NCBI GenBank assembly: GCA_043228905.1
Contig: JBHGNT010000003.1
Span: forward strand, 12,400,001-12,464,000
DNA: 64,000 bases
Direction: 5' to 3'
Source of the DNA: Azolla caroliniana
Lineage: Eukaryota; Plantae; Polypodiophyta
A model generated the notes under the pieces. The model worked only from the letters and a program-made list of their open reading frames with translations, ran no database searches and was not told the DNA's origin. The number at the start of each line of letters is the position of its first letter. The stretch's first letter is position 1. Positions 37,062 through 50,357 of the stretch are shown one piece after another. The position numbers were made by a program, and so were the translations under genes.

Positions 37062-38168
37062 AGCCGGCTGTGGGTTCGAAGTGCAATGCACTTTCCCACG
37101 GGCGTGCCATGTGTTGGCCGGTCAGAGAAGGCAAATGGGAAAGCAAGGTCGGATCGGATAAATATAGAAATAGGAATAGAATTATTAGGAGGGACGGATC
37201 CGGTAGTTGTAACCGATCCGGATCCGAACCGATTCGGTTTCGGTTAACGGTTGCCTACCGAGCACCGATTGTAATCTGGCCGGATGCCTATAAAAGGATC
37301 CGATGTTTTGTAATGAAGTGACGAAGAATTAATATAGTTCTGCTTATGCTTATTGATCTTGTCTTCGTATGTGCTTAAGTGTAATTATCATACGCGTGTA
37401 TTAACATCCTATCCCTACCACCCCTTTGGAGAAGTGTCGGATAGACACCTGTGTTGCGGCTAGTCCAGCCATACATACAACACAGTCCACCACATTTCGT
37501 AGCTAACTCTGGACAAAGTCTATTATACCAACACAAATGGCTTCAACATCCGGCGCGTCAGAGATGAGTCTACGGAAGTTCGACGGATCGAACTTCAACT
37601 TCCGGAAGGAGCAGATGCAAGACTATCTAATAGTCAAAGGGCAAATTGACCCCATTGAGAATGAAGACCCTCGAGAAGGATACAAGTCGCTTGAATGGGA
37701 AAAGCTCGACAAAATCATTTGAGCCACCATTCGGATGCACCTATCGGAGTTTGTGTACTTCATGGTGCAATCGGGTTCGACTGCCTTCCAACTATGGAAG
37801 ACACTTTCGGACACATACGAAAAGAAGGTCGCCACCACCAAGATATACCTGATTCGGCACCTTTATAACCTTTAGATGAAAGAATCTGACTCGGTCCATG
37901 CACACTTGAACGAGTACGAAAGCTTAAGTTCCCAAATTTTTGCCTAGGGGACAATTATCAAGGATGAACTAAAAGCAATGCTGCTCATGAGTAGTCTCCC
38001 TCCCTCGTGGGAAACTTTCATTACAACCGTGTGCAATTCGTCGACAGCTGTCATTAAGTACTCCTCAGTCACGAGTGCAATTCGGACTGAAGCAGCTCGG
38101 AGAAAATTTGTTATGGGCATGACTATATAATATCCATGCTGAGAATTTCCGTAGTATTCTATACACGT

Positions 38169-38891
38169 TGTCGTAGTGTATTTCGTACACTACGTGAAAA
38201 AGTAAAAATAATATAACCGATTTAATTACATATAAATAAATAAAATAAGAATATCAAAATATTTATCACGTGCATAAGGCAAGATTCAAACCCTGTACCT
38301 CCACATAGCCAAACCTCAACTTTACCATTATGCTACCTTATCTTTAGTGTTCTACAAATAGATTTAATAACTATAAGTGCTTTATTTGCGCCTACCTTTA
38401 TTAAAAGGTAAATCATGCATTTTTAGAGTGCGTGAATATTTTATAGAAAAATGCAAGCAACTAAAAAGTGACTCATGCACATCTAGCGTGCATGAGCACT
38501 ATATTTAGCAAATAAAAGCAAGGATTAGAAAAGCATCACATGCATATTTAGTGTGCATGAACATATTAGAAAAAAGCATGTAGCTATGCTTAGTCTCTCC
38601 CATCACTATATAAGGATGGGGAGCACATTGTAGTTTTTGTTGATTATTTTTCTATAATGATCAATCAATCTAAAATATTCGTGGGATTCACGAATTTGCT
38701 AAAATAATTCTCTCTTACTACCTAAATATTGACTAAATATACTAAACTCATGGGATTCACGAGATTCTTATCTTATAACTCTTTATACCTATTCTTTACT
38801 AGCCTTATTTGCATTTTTTCTTCCTCCTAGTCCAAAACCTCGGTGGTTCCCACCCGACTCACGCAACGATCCGGCGCCGAAAGGCACGACA
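38169..38891. mobile_element. 723-bp insertion (solo-LTR-like, TGTCGT...ACGACA) in the chromovirus 5' LTR with 4-bp TSD ACGT
   Basis: Absent from the 3' LTR, which reads ATACACGTGGATAAG. ACGT is duplicated at 38165-38168 and 38892-38895. Confidence 0.82.
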
Positions 38892-41800
38892 ACGTGGATA
38901 AGTGTGAGGGTTAAACGAGAGTGTAAAGAAGGGGAGGATTACTTTTAATCCTCGGGATTGACACAACCCATTAGGCCAAGTGTGAACTTGCCTAGGGGCC
39001 TTGGGTATCGCTATAAATAAGAGGCCTAGCTACCCTCATTTCATCATCTTTTGACTACGTCGAGACTCTATTCTTGTGCTGGGTCAACTCTTGTAGCGAG
39101 CGCGTCAGCACCAAGTACGACTCGACGTCACGGCGGTGGTATAGGACGCCAATCGAGGCTCGATTCTGTCTCGATCCCTTCGCTCGGGTGGTCGGGTGGA
39201 TCGGCACCCTTCTTTCTCTCTCTCCTTTCTTATTTATCTACCTAACATCCTTATCTCATGCTTATATTAGATCATATCTCTAATAGTTGGTATCAGAGCT
39301 CATGTTCTAATGTTTCTTTTGTTGGTTTTGTCTTCGTGATGGATGGCGATCGATCAATGTGCGGTCAACCTTGTTCCAAACAACGATCAACAAAGGAACT
39401 TCGGTAATCTTTCTTGTTTTTTTTTCTATTTTTTCTTCTCCCAATTTAATCATGTATATGGTTAATATGTAATTTTCTTTTATATAGATTCAATGATGTT
39501 GTAGTGGTAATTAAATGGTTATATAAAACGTTTACATATGTGCACGAGGTCAATACCTCATTTGACATATAAATAATATGTGATTAGTGTCGTATGCGTA
39601 CGAGGTTAATACCTCAATTGCGTATTACATTCACGTACATATGTTATGTATGCATATGAGGTCAATACCTCGATTTTGTTGTAAATGATATGCGTTTGGT
39701 CTCGTATGCGTAAGAGGTCAATACCTCAATTGCATATTACGATGAACCCTTATTTCTGGATGTTTCGTGTGCGTAGAGGCTATATGCCTCGATTACGTAT
39801 CTCGATTACATCATTTTTGGCTATTTGATGTAACGATTTGTTTAATATATGCATATGTGGTCATGTGTAGACGTATTGGATCGTATATATGTGATAATAT
39901 ATACATATGTGTATATAAGTTATTATGTGATTTTAATATCAAATGTTTTCCTTTTTGGGGAAAGAATTTTCGTGGCTGTCCTTACATTTTTGTGAGAATG
40001 GCATTGTCACCATCCCTTTTTTCAACAATTTTTTATTGTTGACATCCCCGTTGGTGACTTCGATTTTATTACGTAAAGAAATGCCTATAGCCACAATGAT
40101 GTTGAGAACGTAGGGCTTGACCCACTTGATGTGAGGTCGCTCCTATGTCACACATATCCAACATCCCTCCCTCATTACATGGATATGATGCCACCATGAG
40201 ATCATTCTTACAAAAGGCATTCATCATGACGTAACCATGTGATGGGCCACATGGGCCTACTACGAAAAGAGGGCTCATTTGGCTTGACCATTAGGTTGCA
40301 CTTTGGCGTATGCCATCGTAATTATGAGACTTGAGGTTAGGTAACGTACCAACAAAGTTTGTGGTAAACAAGGGGGAAATAAGGACTCTTGACATATATG
40401 TTTCTTTTAAAAAAACATATATGTGCAAATGCCTTGCATATCTCTTAGACGCATTAAATATTAAACATTCAAGAAGAGCAACCTACTTGGTTGGCTCAAG
40501 TGTTTAATGCATTTGTTCTCGAGGTCTTGAGTTCAAATATGACCAAGACCATACAACAAGACATATGACTATAAGACATGTTTAGACTTGAGGTCTAAGT
40601 GCAGTTTAGGGTCCTCGTAATAGGACTTGAAGAGCCGAAACCATATATGTGGGCACCGAAACATAGTTTATTATTAACATTTTTTTCATGTACAAACTAT
40701 TCATGATGCGAACATACATGGTTGAGCCTTGGGGAGCCGCCATGAAAAAATCGATATAGAGACCAGGGAAAGACATTAATTTGTCACCCCCGTGGTTTTT
40801 AAAACACCTTTGTGTTACCATAGTAACCTGATCTTGAACCTCATCTCATACGTCTAGAGGGGTATTGACGTGAGATCATGATATCGATTAATGTTTGCCC
40901 ATGATATGTTTACATCACGACATGATGTTATGAATATTTTTCTGACCTTATCCTATTTCTTTGCCAAAAATAATCATTCAATGGCTCAAAATAATGACCC
41001 GATGTCATCTGCTTAAGCGGATGGAACTCAAGGAAATTCGTCCATTGAGATGTATTTTTCACAAATAAGCCAATACCTTAGTTTCACCACTCAACAGATG
41101 ACCGAACTTCGGCAATCTCAAAGTGCTCTCGAGCCACGTGTCATTAGTTTACAATGTGAGACTAATAGACCTGATGAACGACAGGGTGAACCATCGTTTG
41201 TCGTTAAGCCATTTACGGGAGAAAAAAAGGAAAGAACCGAAGAAGCAATCTACACGTGGCTGGGCCAATGGGAGTCTCATTTTGAGCTCTATCCCACACC
41301 AGATAGAGATTGCATATGTCGGCCGAGAACTAGGGGGTAAGGCCGCCGCGTGGTGGCGTGGCCTCCGAACTTTGGGGAAATTGCCCGATACCTAGACAGA
41401 TTTTGTCATAGTTTTTAAGGGCCAATTTCTGCAACCTCCCTGTCGAACCGAGGCCGCTCAAGCTTTAATGAACCTCTCTAGTAGGAAGTTTTCCTCGCTA
41501 GAAGACTATGTCCACCATGCTAGAACCCAAATCCAAAAATCGGGTCTAGAAGGGGACAATTGGTTAATAGCTTGTTTTGTCAATGGCATCCCCAATTCGG
41601 ACTATCACTAGATAGTGCATGATAAGGATCCAAAATCCTTCGAAGAGGCCGTTGAAATAGTTCTTCGCTATCAACGCACTTTAGAGGACCATAACAAACC
41701 CAATGAAGCACCTAGGACTAAACATTTGCAATTCGTTGTGAAACGCAAGACACCCAACGAATTCATGGATCACGATTGTAAGCGACAACATCCTTTTTGC

Positions 41801-42635
41801 GTATTCTGCAAAAAAGAAGGGTGATACAAAAGAACAATGTCGAAATCTCCAACGGAAAGAGCATGACAACAAAGCTAAAACTGCATACCATAAAGGTCAG
41901 ATTCCTAATGTCCTTCAGGTCTATACACATCATTTAAGTAATTGTCAATGTTCTATCCCTCACTATGTATTGGGTCCCAATGATTTACTACGTGCAAACG
42001 GGTATATCAATGGATCTCCCGTACAATTTTTGTTTCATTCGGGAAGCTCACACAACTTTGTGAATGATCGTTTGGTTCAGATATGGGGAATCCAACCCAC
42101 CATAAGTGATCACACCTATCCAGTGCACCTTGTTGATGGAAGAGTACAATACATTAACTATGTGATTCATTCATTAGGAATTTCTATTGATACTTATATA
42201 GAGGAAGTACACTTCCATGTAATGAATCTTTATACCACTGATGTAATACTGGGTTATCCCTGGTTCTATAATAAAAACTCTTCTTTATCTATTGATTGGG
42301 TTCATCATTCGATAACTTTTGTACTGAACAATTGTACTCATTTTATTCAATGTGTCAAAAAACAATCCCTCTCGATTGTTTCCTCTCCATCAATATCCGA
42401 GTTGTCTTGTTCTACTCTATTTTATTATGTACTTGATCCGGGCATTCATGTTTACAATATCGATAATGTCTCGGTTCAATTAACATATTTTGAACAACAA
42501 CAGCTTGATGAAATCTTAAATGATTTTCGTGATGTTTTTACAAGTGAACTACCAGATGGGTTACCTCCTAAACATAATATAGACCATCGTATAGATATTG
42601 TACCTAGCGTTGCACCAATAAGTATACCTCCTTAT

Positions 42636-43489
42636 TGTTGAGAACTCGACGTTCCTTATGTCCGACGCTCGGCCACAACCGAGATTCTTTTCATACACAG
42701 AAAAACAGGTAATGAAAAACGCGACACAAAGGGGAGAAATGGTACACAGGAGGTTTACGTGGAAAACCCCAAAATAAGGGAAAAACCATGGCAGCCCACA
42801 GGCTGCAAACTGTCACTATGTAGGAATATACAACAGTGAGTTCACTGAGGCAACGACCTCGTGCTCTCAGATCTTCGCCACAGGCGGCGGTTACAACAGA
42901 GGCAACGACCTCGTCTCTCTCTCTCTCTCTTTACAGTTACGCGCTCTATCTTCTTCTTGCACCAACAAGGAATAAAAATAACCACACCTAAAAGTTTGCC
43001 CTAAGTCATATTTATACTAATATGACTTTTCGGCTATTTACAAATGTAGCCTCGATGGGCTCTCAGAAACATATTTACGAATATGTCTCTTCCTCCGGTT
43101 CATACCGGGCCTGCACCATCCGGCTCTCCGTAGTCGGGTACTCCCCATCCGGTTCATACCGGGCCTACACCATCCGGTTCATACCGGGCCTACACCATCC
43201 GGCTCTCCGCAGTCGGGTACTCCCCATCCGGTTCATACCGGGCCTACACCATCCGGCTCTCCGCAGTCGGGTACTCCCCATCCGGTTCATACCGGGCCTA
43301 CACCATCCGGCTCTCCGTAGTCGGGTACTCCCATCCGGTTCATACCGAGCCTACACCATCCGGCTCTCCGCAGTCGGGTACTCCCCATCCGGTTCATACC
43401 GTTCCGGCCTCGGCCTGTCGGCCTTGGCCGAGTTTGTTTGTCGGCACTGTTCTTCTCCCTTCCCATCCGGAGGGACCTATCTCCCAACA
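42636..43489 (-). repeat. Solo LTR of Copia family A inserted in the chromovirus pol
   Basis: Similar to 4241-5128 including the tandem array. TSD CTTAT at 42631-42635 and 43490-43494, restoring host ISIPPY-HLSRSE. Confidence 0.93.
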
Positions 43490-46400
43490 CTTATCACTTA
43501 AGTCGATCCGAAGAGGATGAGGTATCTAAGCAACTCAAGGACTATTTACGAATGGGTTATATACGTTATACTAAATCTCCATGGGGTACACTAGTTCTCT
43601 TGGTTAAAAAGAAAGAGGGGACATGGCGTATGTGTATTAATTACCGACGCTTGAATAAAGTGACGATCAAGAATTCGTATCCATTGCCCCAGGCTGACGA
43701 TCTAATTGACTGTCTCCAGGGAGCTCAGTATTTTACAAAACTTGATCTCCGTACTAGCTACCATCAAATTCGTATAAGTGAGGACGATGTTCCAAAAACG
43801 GCATTTCGTATGCGCTATGGCCATTATGAGTTTTTGGTTATACCTTTTGGTTTGACCAATGCTCCGACTACATTTCAACAAGAAATGAATGACATGTTCC
43901 GAGAACAACTTGTTTTACAACATGTCCGCTTTGTTTTACAAACATTGCGTGACAAACAGTTTTATGCGAAGATTTCAAAATGTGAGTTCTTCAAGAAATC
44001 AATTACTTATCTTGGACATCTCATAACCGAACGAGGAGTTGAAATTGATCCTTCTCGCATGGAGAAAATCAAGCTTTGGCCCACTCTTCGGAATATTCGA
44101 GAAGTTCGGTCATTCCTTGGTTTTGTCGGGTTTTTGCGAAAATCCCGTCATAATTACTCCCAATTGACAATGCCGTTTACTGATCTTCTAAAAGGTCAAA
44201 CGCATAAGTCTACAAAACCTATTCTCTGGAATGTTACACTAGACAGGTCGCCTTTAAGGAACTCAAGAACCTGGTGTGCAAGGTTCTGTCACTTCTTTTA
44301 CTTGATCCTTCGAAATCTTTTGAGGTTGAAATTGATGCAAGTGATTATGGTATAGGTGTTGTCTTATATCATGATGGTAAACCAATAGTATTCGAGAGTA
44401 AGAAACTTGATTCTGCTCAATGTCGGTATACTGTTCAAGAAAAGGAATTATTTGCAGTTATACATGCGCTCAAAACATGGCGCCATTATCTTTATGGAAA
44501 TCGTTTTATGCTAACTACGAACCACAAGTCCTTGAAATATTTTTCTGACCAACAAGACCTAAAAGGTCGTAAGGCACAATGGGCTGATCTCATCCAGGAC
44601 TTTGATTTTTCCATACGATATCGTAAAGGTTTCATGAACACTATCGCGGATGCACTAAGTCGCATGCGTAAAGTTAACATGCTTAGCTTCATTGAAATAA
44701 CATCAGATCTTTATGATCACCTTCGAGGAAAGTATCCTGATAACAATTATTTTGCGAAATAATGGGCACAAGTTGAGTCTGGAACAGACACCACCACATC
44801 CTCGAAGGAATACTTCCACATTGCTAATGGTTTTCTCTACCATAATGGGAAGGTTTGTTTTCCAGATTTTCCTGAGGTCAAAAAGAGAATTCTTTTTTAA
44901 TGCCATGATTCACCCTCAGCAGGGCACCTTGGAATACATCATACACTCATTCTTATCTCCACTCAATTCTATGTGACTAAATGTCACCAATATCAGGTTA
45001 ACAAAGCCGAGCGACTTAAAGTCGCAGGACTTTTACATCCCTTGGACATTCCCAATAATAAGTGGGAAAGTATATCCATGGATTTTATTGTTAGCCTTCC
45101 TCGCACCCAAAAAGGTCATGATGCCATCTGGGTTGTGGTTGATAGACTAACTAAAATAGCTAGATTTATTGCTACAAAAACCACGGTAAGAACTCTTGAA
45201 TTGGCTTACCAATTCGTTTACGAGTTATTTCGTTTTTATGGGTTACCGATGGATATCGTGAGTGATCAAGATCCAAAGTTTACTAGTGACTTCTAGACGC
45301 AAGTCTTTAAGGAATTAGAAACTACATTGAGCATGAGCTCCACGGATCATCCTCAATCCGATGGACAGACAAAACCAGTAAATCAAATTATTGAGGATAT
45401 GCTTCGAGCATACATTGGTACAAAACCAACAAAATGGGAACGTTATCTCCCAATTTTGGAGTTTTCTTATAACAGCTCCAAGCATACGTCGACGAGATAT
45501 AGTCCTTTTATGTTGATGTATGGTTTTCAGCCACGAGCCCGAATTGATGTTAATATGCATCATGATGAGTTGCAAAGTACGCAAAACTTTCTTTGGGATA
45601 TGCAAGATATGTTGCATATTGCACGAGATAATATAAAAACAGCTCAAGATAGAGCGTGTTTTTATGCCGACCATCATAGGCAACCTCGTGTATTCAACCT
45701 TGGACTAAAGGTATTTTTACGTGTACCTCACAATTCTAAGACATTGTCTACGGGTAAGTGCGCTAAGTTAGCCCCACGGTTTTGTGGACCTTTTACAGTC
45801 CTCAAACGCATTGGGTCATCAGCCTATCGTCTCGCTCTTCCTGATGGTGTTGGAATTCATCCAGTCTTCCATGTGAGTCGTCTAAAAGAACTTCTAGGTT
45901 CTGGCAACAACACAGTTACAACTGAAACTCTGGTTACTTCTAAAGATTTATCTTCGAAACAACATGTACCAGAAAGAAATCTCGATGTTAAAACAAAAAA
46001 GTTACGTACTAAAGAAATCCGAGAATTTAAAATTAAATGGATGGACAAATCTATCAAAGATGCCACATGGGAACGCGAGAATACTCTAAGAACAAACTTC
46101 CCTAACTTTCCATTGCAAGAGTGCAATGTTTTAAAGAAGGGGAGTATGTTATGTTACGGGCATGACCATTTAATATCCCATAGTATTCTATACACGTGGA
46201 TAAGTGTGAGGGTTAAACGAGAGTGTAAAGAAGGGGAGGATTACCTTTTAATCCTCGGGATTGAGACAACCCATTAGGTCAAGTGGGAACTTGCCTAGGG
46301 GCCTTGGGTATCGCTATAAATAAGAGGCCTAGCTACCCACATTTGATCATCTTTTGACTACATCGAGACTCTGCTCTTGTGGTGGGTCAACTCTTGTAGC

Positions 46401-49400
46401 AAGCGCGCCAACACCAGGTACGACTCGACGCCACGACGATGGTATGGGACGCCGATCGAGGCTCGAGTCTGTCTCTATCCCTTCGCTCGGGGGTGGTTAA
46501 CAACGCTTACATAGTACAAGATTCGACTGACCGATCAAATAGCCGTGGAAGAAGTTCTTCACGGCAGCCGAATAATCAACGAAGTCGAAGCAAGTCTCGG
46601 GATAATCGAGTCTGCAACTACTACAAAAAACCCAGACACATCAAAGCTGATTGCCATGCACTCAGGTTCAGTGAGCCGAGCAGAAGAGTGGCCGACACGA
46701 GGAGATCAACTACATCGGCTCTTCGGCCGAAGTATTGACAAACGACCCGAATATACTGTCAATTGAGAACTCAGTCAAATCAGAAGTTCTACTTACGACT
46801 GAAGAATCGAGCACGTGGCTCTTAGATTCAAGTGTGTCCTTTCATGTGACTCCTCATTGATCCCAATTTCGGCAATACGCGGCCCGCCATTTTGACTCTG
46901 TTCGAGTTGGAAATTCGCAACATTGCGACATAATTGGAATCGGCACGGTAGAGCTCAACCTTGCAGGTGGCTCTACATTACTACTAGTCAATGTCCGACA
47001 TGTACCTAAGCTCTCAAGACCACTGATATTAGTTGGACAATTGGATGAAGATGACATCCGTGTTGGCTTCTCATCAAGAGGGTGGATGCTCCAAAGAGGG
47101 AACCTCCTGCTTGCTCGAGGACTGAAGATACACTCATTGTATCCTTTGCACGTCACACTCAAAGAGGGTGATCTTTTTTTGGTTGACATTCCCGTGTCAT
47201 CACTTTGGCATGGACAACTCAGAAACCTCAGCAAGGCCGGCATCACGCACTTATCTAGAGCCGGATACATCCCCAAACTCTCCTTCTCAGATCATCAGTT
47301 CTGCTAGCATTGCCAATACGACAAGCAAATAGCCGTAACACACCCTTCATGTGCCCCAAGAGAATCGAGTCCGCTTGATTTGGTCCACTCGGACATATGT
47401 GGTCCTATGCCACATCAATCCCTTGGTGGTGCTTTGTACTTCGTCAGCTTCATTGATGAATCGACTCGGAAGGTGTGGGCTTATCCGATCAAAACCAAAG
47501 ATCGTGTTTTCTCGATCTTTTCCGATTGGTCGCCATGGTTGAGAATCAGTCTGGCTAAAAACTGAAAAGCTTTCGGTCTGATAATGGGGGAGAGTTCAAA
47601 TCAGAGGAATTCATCAAATCTTGCCGACAATGCAGCATACGACGTGAATTTATGACACCTCATAGTCCGGAGCAAAATGGAATTGCCGAACGACTGAATC
47701 AGACAATTCAAGAACGGATAGTTTCCATGCTCCAACACTCTGGACTGTCGGATGGCTTCTGGGCAGAGGCCCTACTTACGGCAATACACATAATCAATAT
47801 GTCGCCGAGTAGGCCTCTGGGGCCTCACATACCTCAGGAATTATGGACCGGTAGTAAGCCGAATTATGATAGGCTGAGGATTTTCAGATGTGAGGTGTAT
47901 GCCCTCGTCCCGAAAGATGATCGCCGCAAACTTGCACCACGGTCTAGGAAATGTATTTTTCTTGGTTATGGAACAAATGGAAAAATGGGATATTGACTTT
48001 AGGACCCTGAACACAGACAGATTGTCAGAAGTTCGGATGTCGTGTTCAATGAGTCGGCCATGCATCAATCGGTCGAAAAGCCGATCAAAGTCTGAAGGGT
48101 AATTTTTCCGATGTGCCAACCAGGGTAATCTTTTCACGAAGGCCCAATGCACAACACACGGTCAGCCTCACGGGTAGCTAAACCTTCAAACACTGACTCG
48201 GCACAACCGAAATTCAGCTTTGGACCATCCGACCACGATACCCGATGCGACTAGTCTAGTCATACCTCGAAGATCCGAGAAACAGTCGCAACCCCCGGAG
48301 AGATACTCTCCTGGCATCTTCTTTACGGACGCCGGAGAACTGATGTCCTACGAAGAAGCATCGACGTCAGTCGACTCGGCCACCTGGTATCTGGCAATGG
48401 AGTCCGAAATGAACTCCATTCATGGAAACAAGACTTGGGACCTAGTTGAATTACCAAAAAATCGACGTGCTCTTCCGTGCAAGTGGGTCTATCGAATTAA
48501 GGGGACGTCCGATTCGGCCAACCCAAAATTCAAAGTCAGATTAGTAGCAAAGGGTTTTCGACAGGAACACGGTGTCAATTTCAACGAAATCTTTTTGCCA
48601 ATGGTGAAGATGACAACCCTTCGATTCATGCTTAGCGTAGTAGCAACCGAAAATTTGGAGTTGATTCAACTATATGTCAAGATGGCTATCCTCCATGGTG
48701 ATCTTGAGGAAATTTATATGGAGCAACTGAAAGGTTTCGTGGCATCCAGCCAAGAACATCTAGACTACCGACTCAGGAAGAGTCTTTATGGCCTGAAACA
48801 GGCGCCACGACAGTGGTACAAGAAGTTCGACGACTTCCTCCAATCAATCGGCTTCTCAAAGAGCGATGAGGACCATTGTCTCTTCACGAAGACAGCTTGA
48901 GATGGATCACCCCTCTTCCTCATCATCTACGTGGATGACATGCTAATCTCTAGACGCCATGTAGGCAAACTCACCGAACTCGTTCGGCAACTGCGGTTGA
49001 AGTTTGCCATAAAGGATCTTGGTCTAGCAGGACACATTCTTGGTATGAAGATCAGTCAGAATCATATTCAACGACAATTGTTTTTGTCCCAATCCAACTA
49101 TATTGGACATGTCTTAGAACGCTTCAACATGCACTCAACAAAATCTTCCTCTAGCTTGCTCCCTATTAGTACTCGACTGTCTCGGCGAGACTGCCCGACA
49201 TCTGGTTCGGAGGGGGAAATTATGAAGTCGGTACCGTATGCATCGACAATTGTCTCCCTAATGTACGCGATGGTCGCGACATGGCCTGATATCACTTACA
49301 CCGTTGGAGTCGTCAATAGATTTATGCATAATCCCAACCGATCGCATTGGAACACAGTAAAGCATGTGTTTAGATATCTGGTGGGCACAAAAGACCTTGG

Positions 49401-50357
49401 TATTCTGTTCGGCCCGAATGACATCTCAAGCGTAGTGGGATACACCGACTCAGACTTCAGAGGTTGCATAGACAACCGTAAATCAACAACCGGATATTGT
49501 TTTAAACTTGGCAATGGAGCGATGCCAAGGAAGTCGAAACTTCAGGAGTGCACCGCCACATCAACGACCGAGGCTGAATACATAGCCGCATCCGATGCGG
49601 CGAAAGAGGCATTATGGCTCGGTCGGCTGGCCTGCACATTTCGACAAGCCAAAATCGGCTCGGCTCCAATTGTTTAGAGTGACAGTCAGGGTGATGTTGC
49701 TCTGTTGAAAAATCCGGTTCATCACGACACCTCCAAGCATATTGATGTTCGATATCATTTCATTCGGGACTGCGTCATTTCAGGAAAAATTGGTCTAGAG
49801 AAAATATCAACAACCGATAATGTCGCGGATGCATTAACCAAGTGTCTTTTGGCGGATTGATTTCAATCCCTTAGGCAACACATGGGCGTAATGAAAAATC
49901 AGTTCGATTAAATCGGACACTCAGGATGATCCTCAGACACCACACTTCGGCTATTTGGAACTTTGTATCAATCTGTATTATATACTCATTTCGATTACAG
50001 ATTTCGAATGTATACGCCCATTACGGGGTAGTGTTGAATACGGGTTTCTAATGGACGTATTCACACTGTCTCCTTTTGAACACACTAGACTTAAGCTATT
50101 TATGTAAATAGTAAGAAGGGTAGTTGCCCTAAGTTAGTCAGTATATAAAATGACTTTGTAACCCAATTATGGGTTGGTTGCTCATTTTGTAAAAATTTGT
50201 AATAAACTTCATTGAACTCTTACTCTCTCTCTTGCAAACTAGTTGTCTTTTACTTTCTGTCTTTGCTACCATCAAAGCTATGATCTTGCATCCATTTACG
50301 ATCTTATCCTAGAAGAGTGTTGATCTTGTTCTACATTAGAAGACGGCGTTCCCAACA

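Larger units (their letters stand above)
27388..37482 (+). mobile_element. Young full-length non-chromoviral Ty3/Gypsy element (Athila/Phygy/Selgy-like) with an extra 3' ORF
   Basis: 371-bp LTRs 27388-27758 and 37112-37482 differ at one visible base (27645/37369). TSD CAGTC at 27383-27387 and 37483-37487. PBS-like TGGCGACCA at ~27766. Domain order gag-PR-RT-RH-INT, with no chromodomain and no extra archaeal RNase H seen. Confidence 0.96.
38109..46497 (+). mobile_element. Chromoviral Ty3/Gypsy element (5' LTR 38109-39285, 3' LTR 46152-46497 truncated), degenerate
   Basis: PBS TGGTATCAGAGC at 39288, protease [31 protein letters not shown], integrase ISMDFI and HPQSDGQT, GPF motif, chromodomain-like VPERNLD..FKIKW..DATWERE, PPT AAAGAAGGGGAG. 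Confidence 0.9.
26530..50357 (+). mobile_element. Copia family D element (LTRs 26530-26857 and 50032-50357) split by two nested Gypsy insertions; coding parts 37537-38108 and 46498-49910
   Basis: Similar LTR pair TGTTGAATACGG...CCCAACA, PBS TGGTATCAGAAC at 26860, flanks AAACG/AAAGG (TSD, one mismatch) restoring host RT QEKYVTK-VLQRFNM. gag RKFDGSNFNF, integrase QNGIAER, RT YVDDML. Confidence 0.9.

Noticed and set aside
27836-37146. Long minus-strand ORFs within the young Gypsy element
   Set aside because: Shadows of GC-rich sense ORFs with no motifs.
39546-39790. CRISPR array
   Set aside because: Eukaryotic retroelement context, 14-bp repeats, mutually related spacers and no cas genes.
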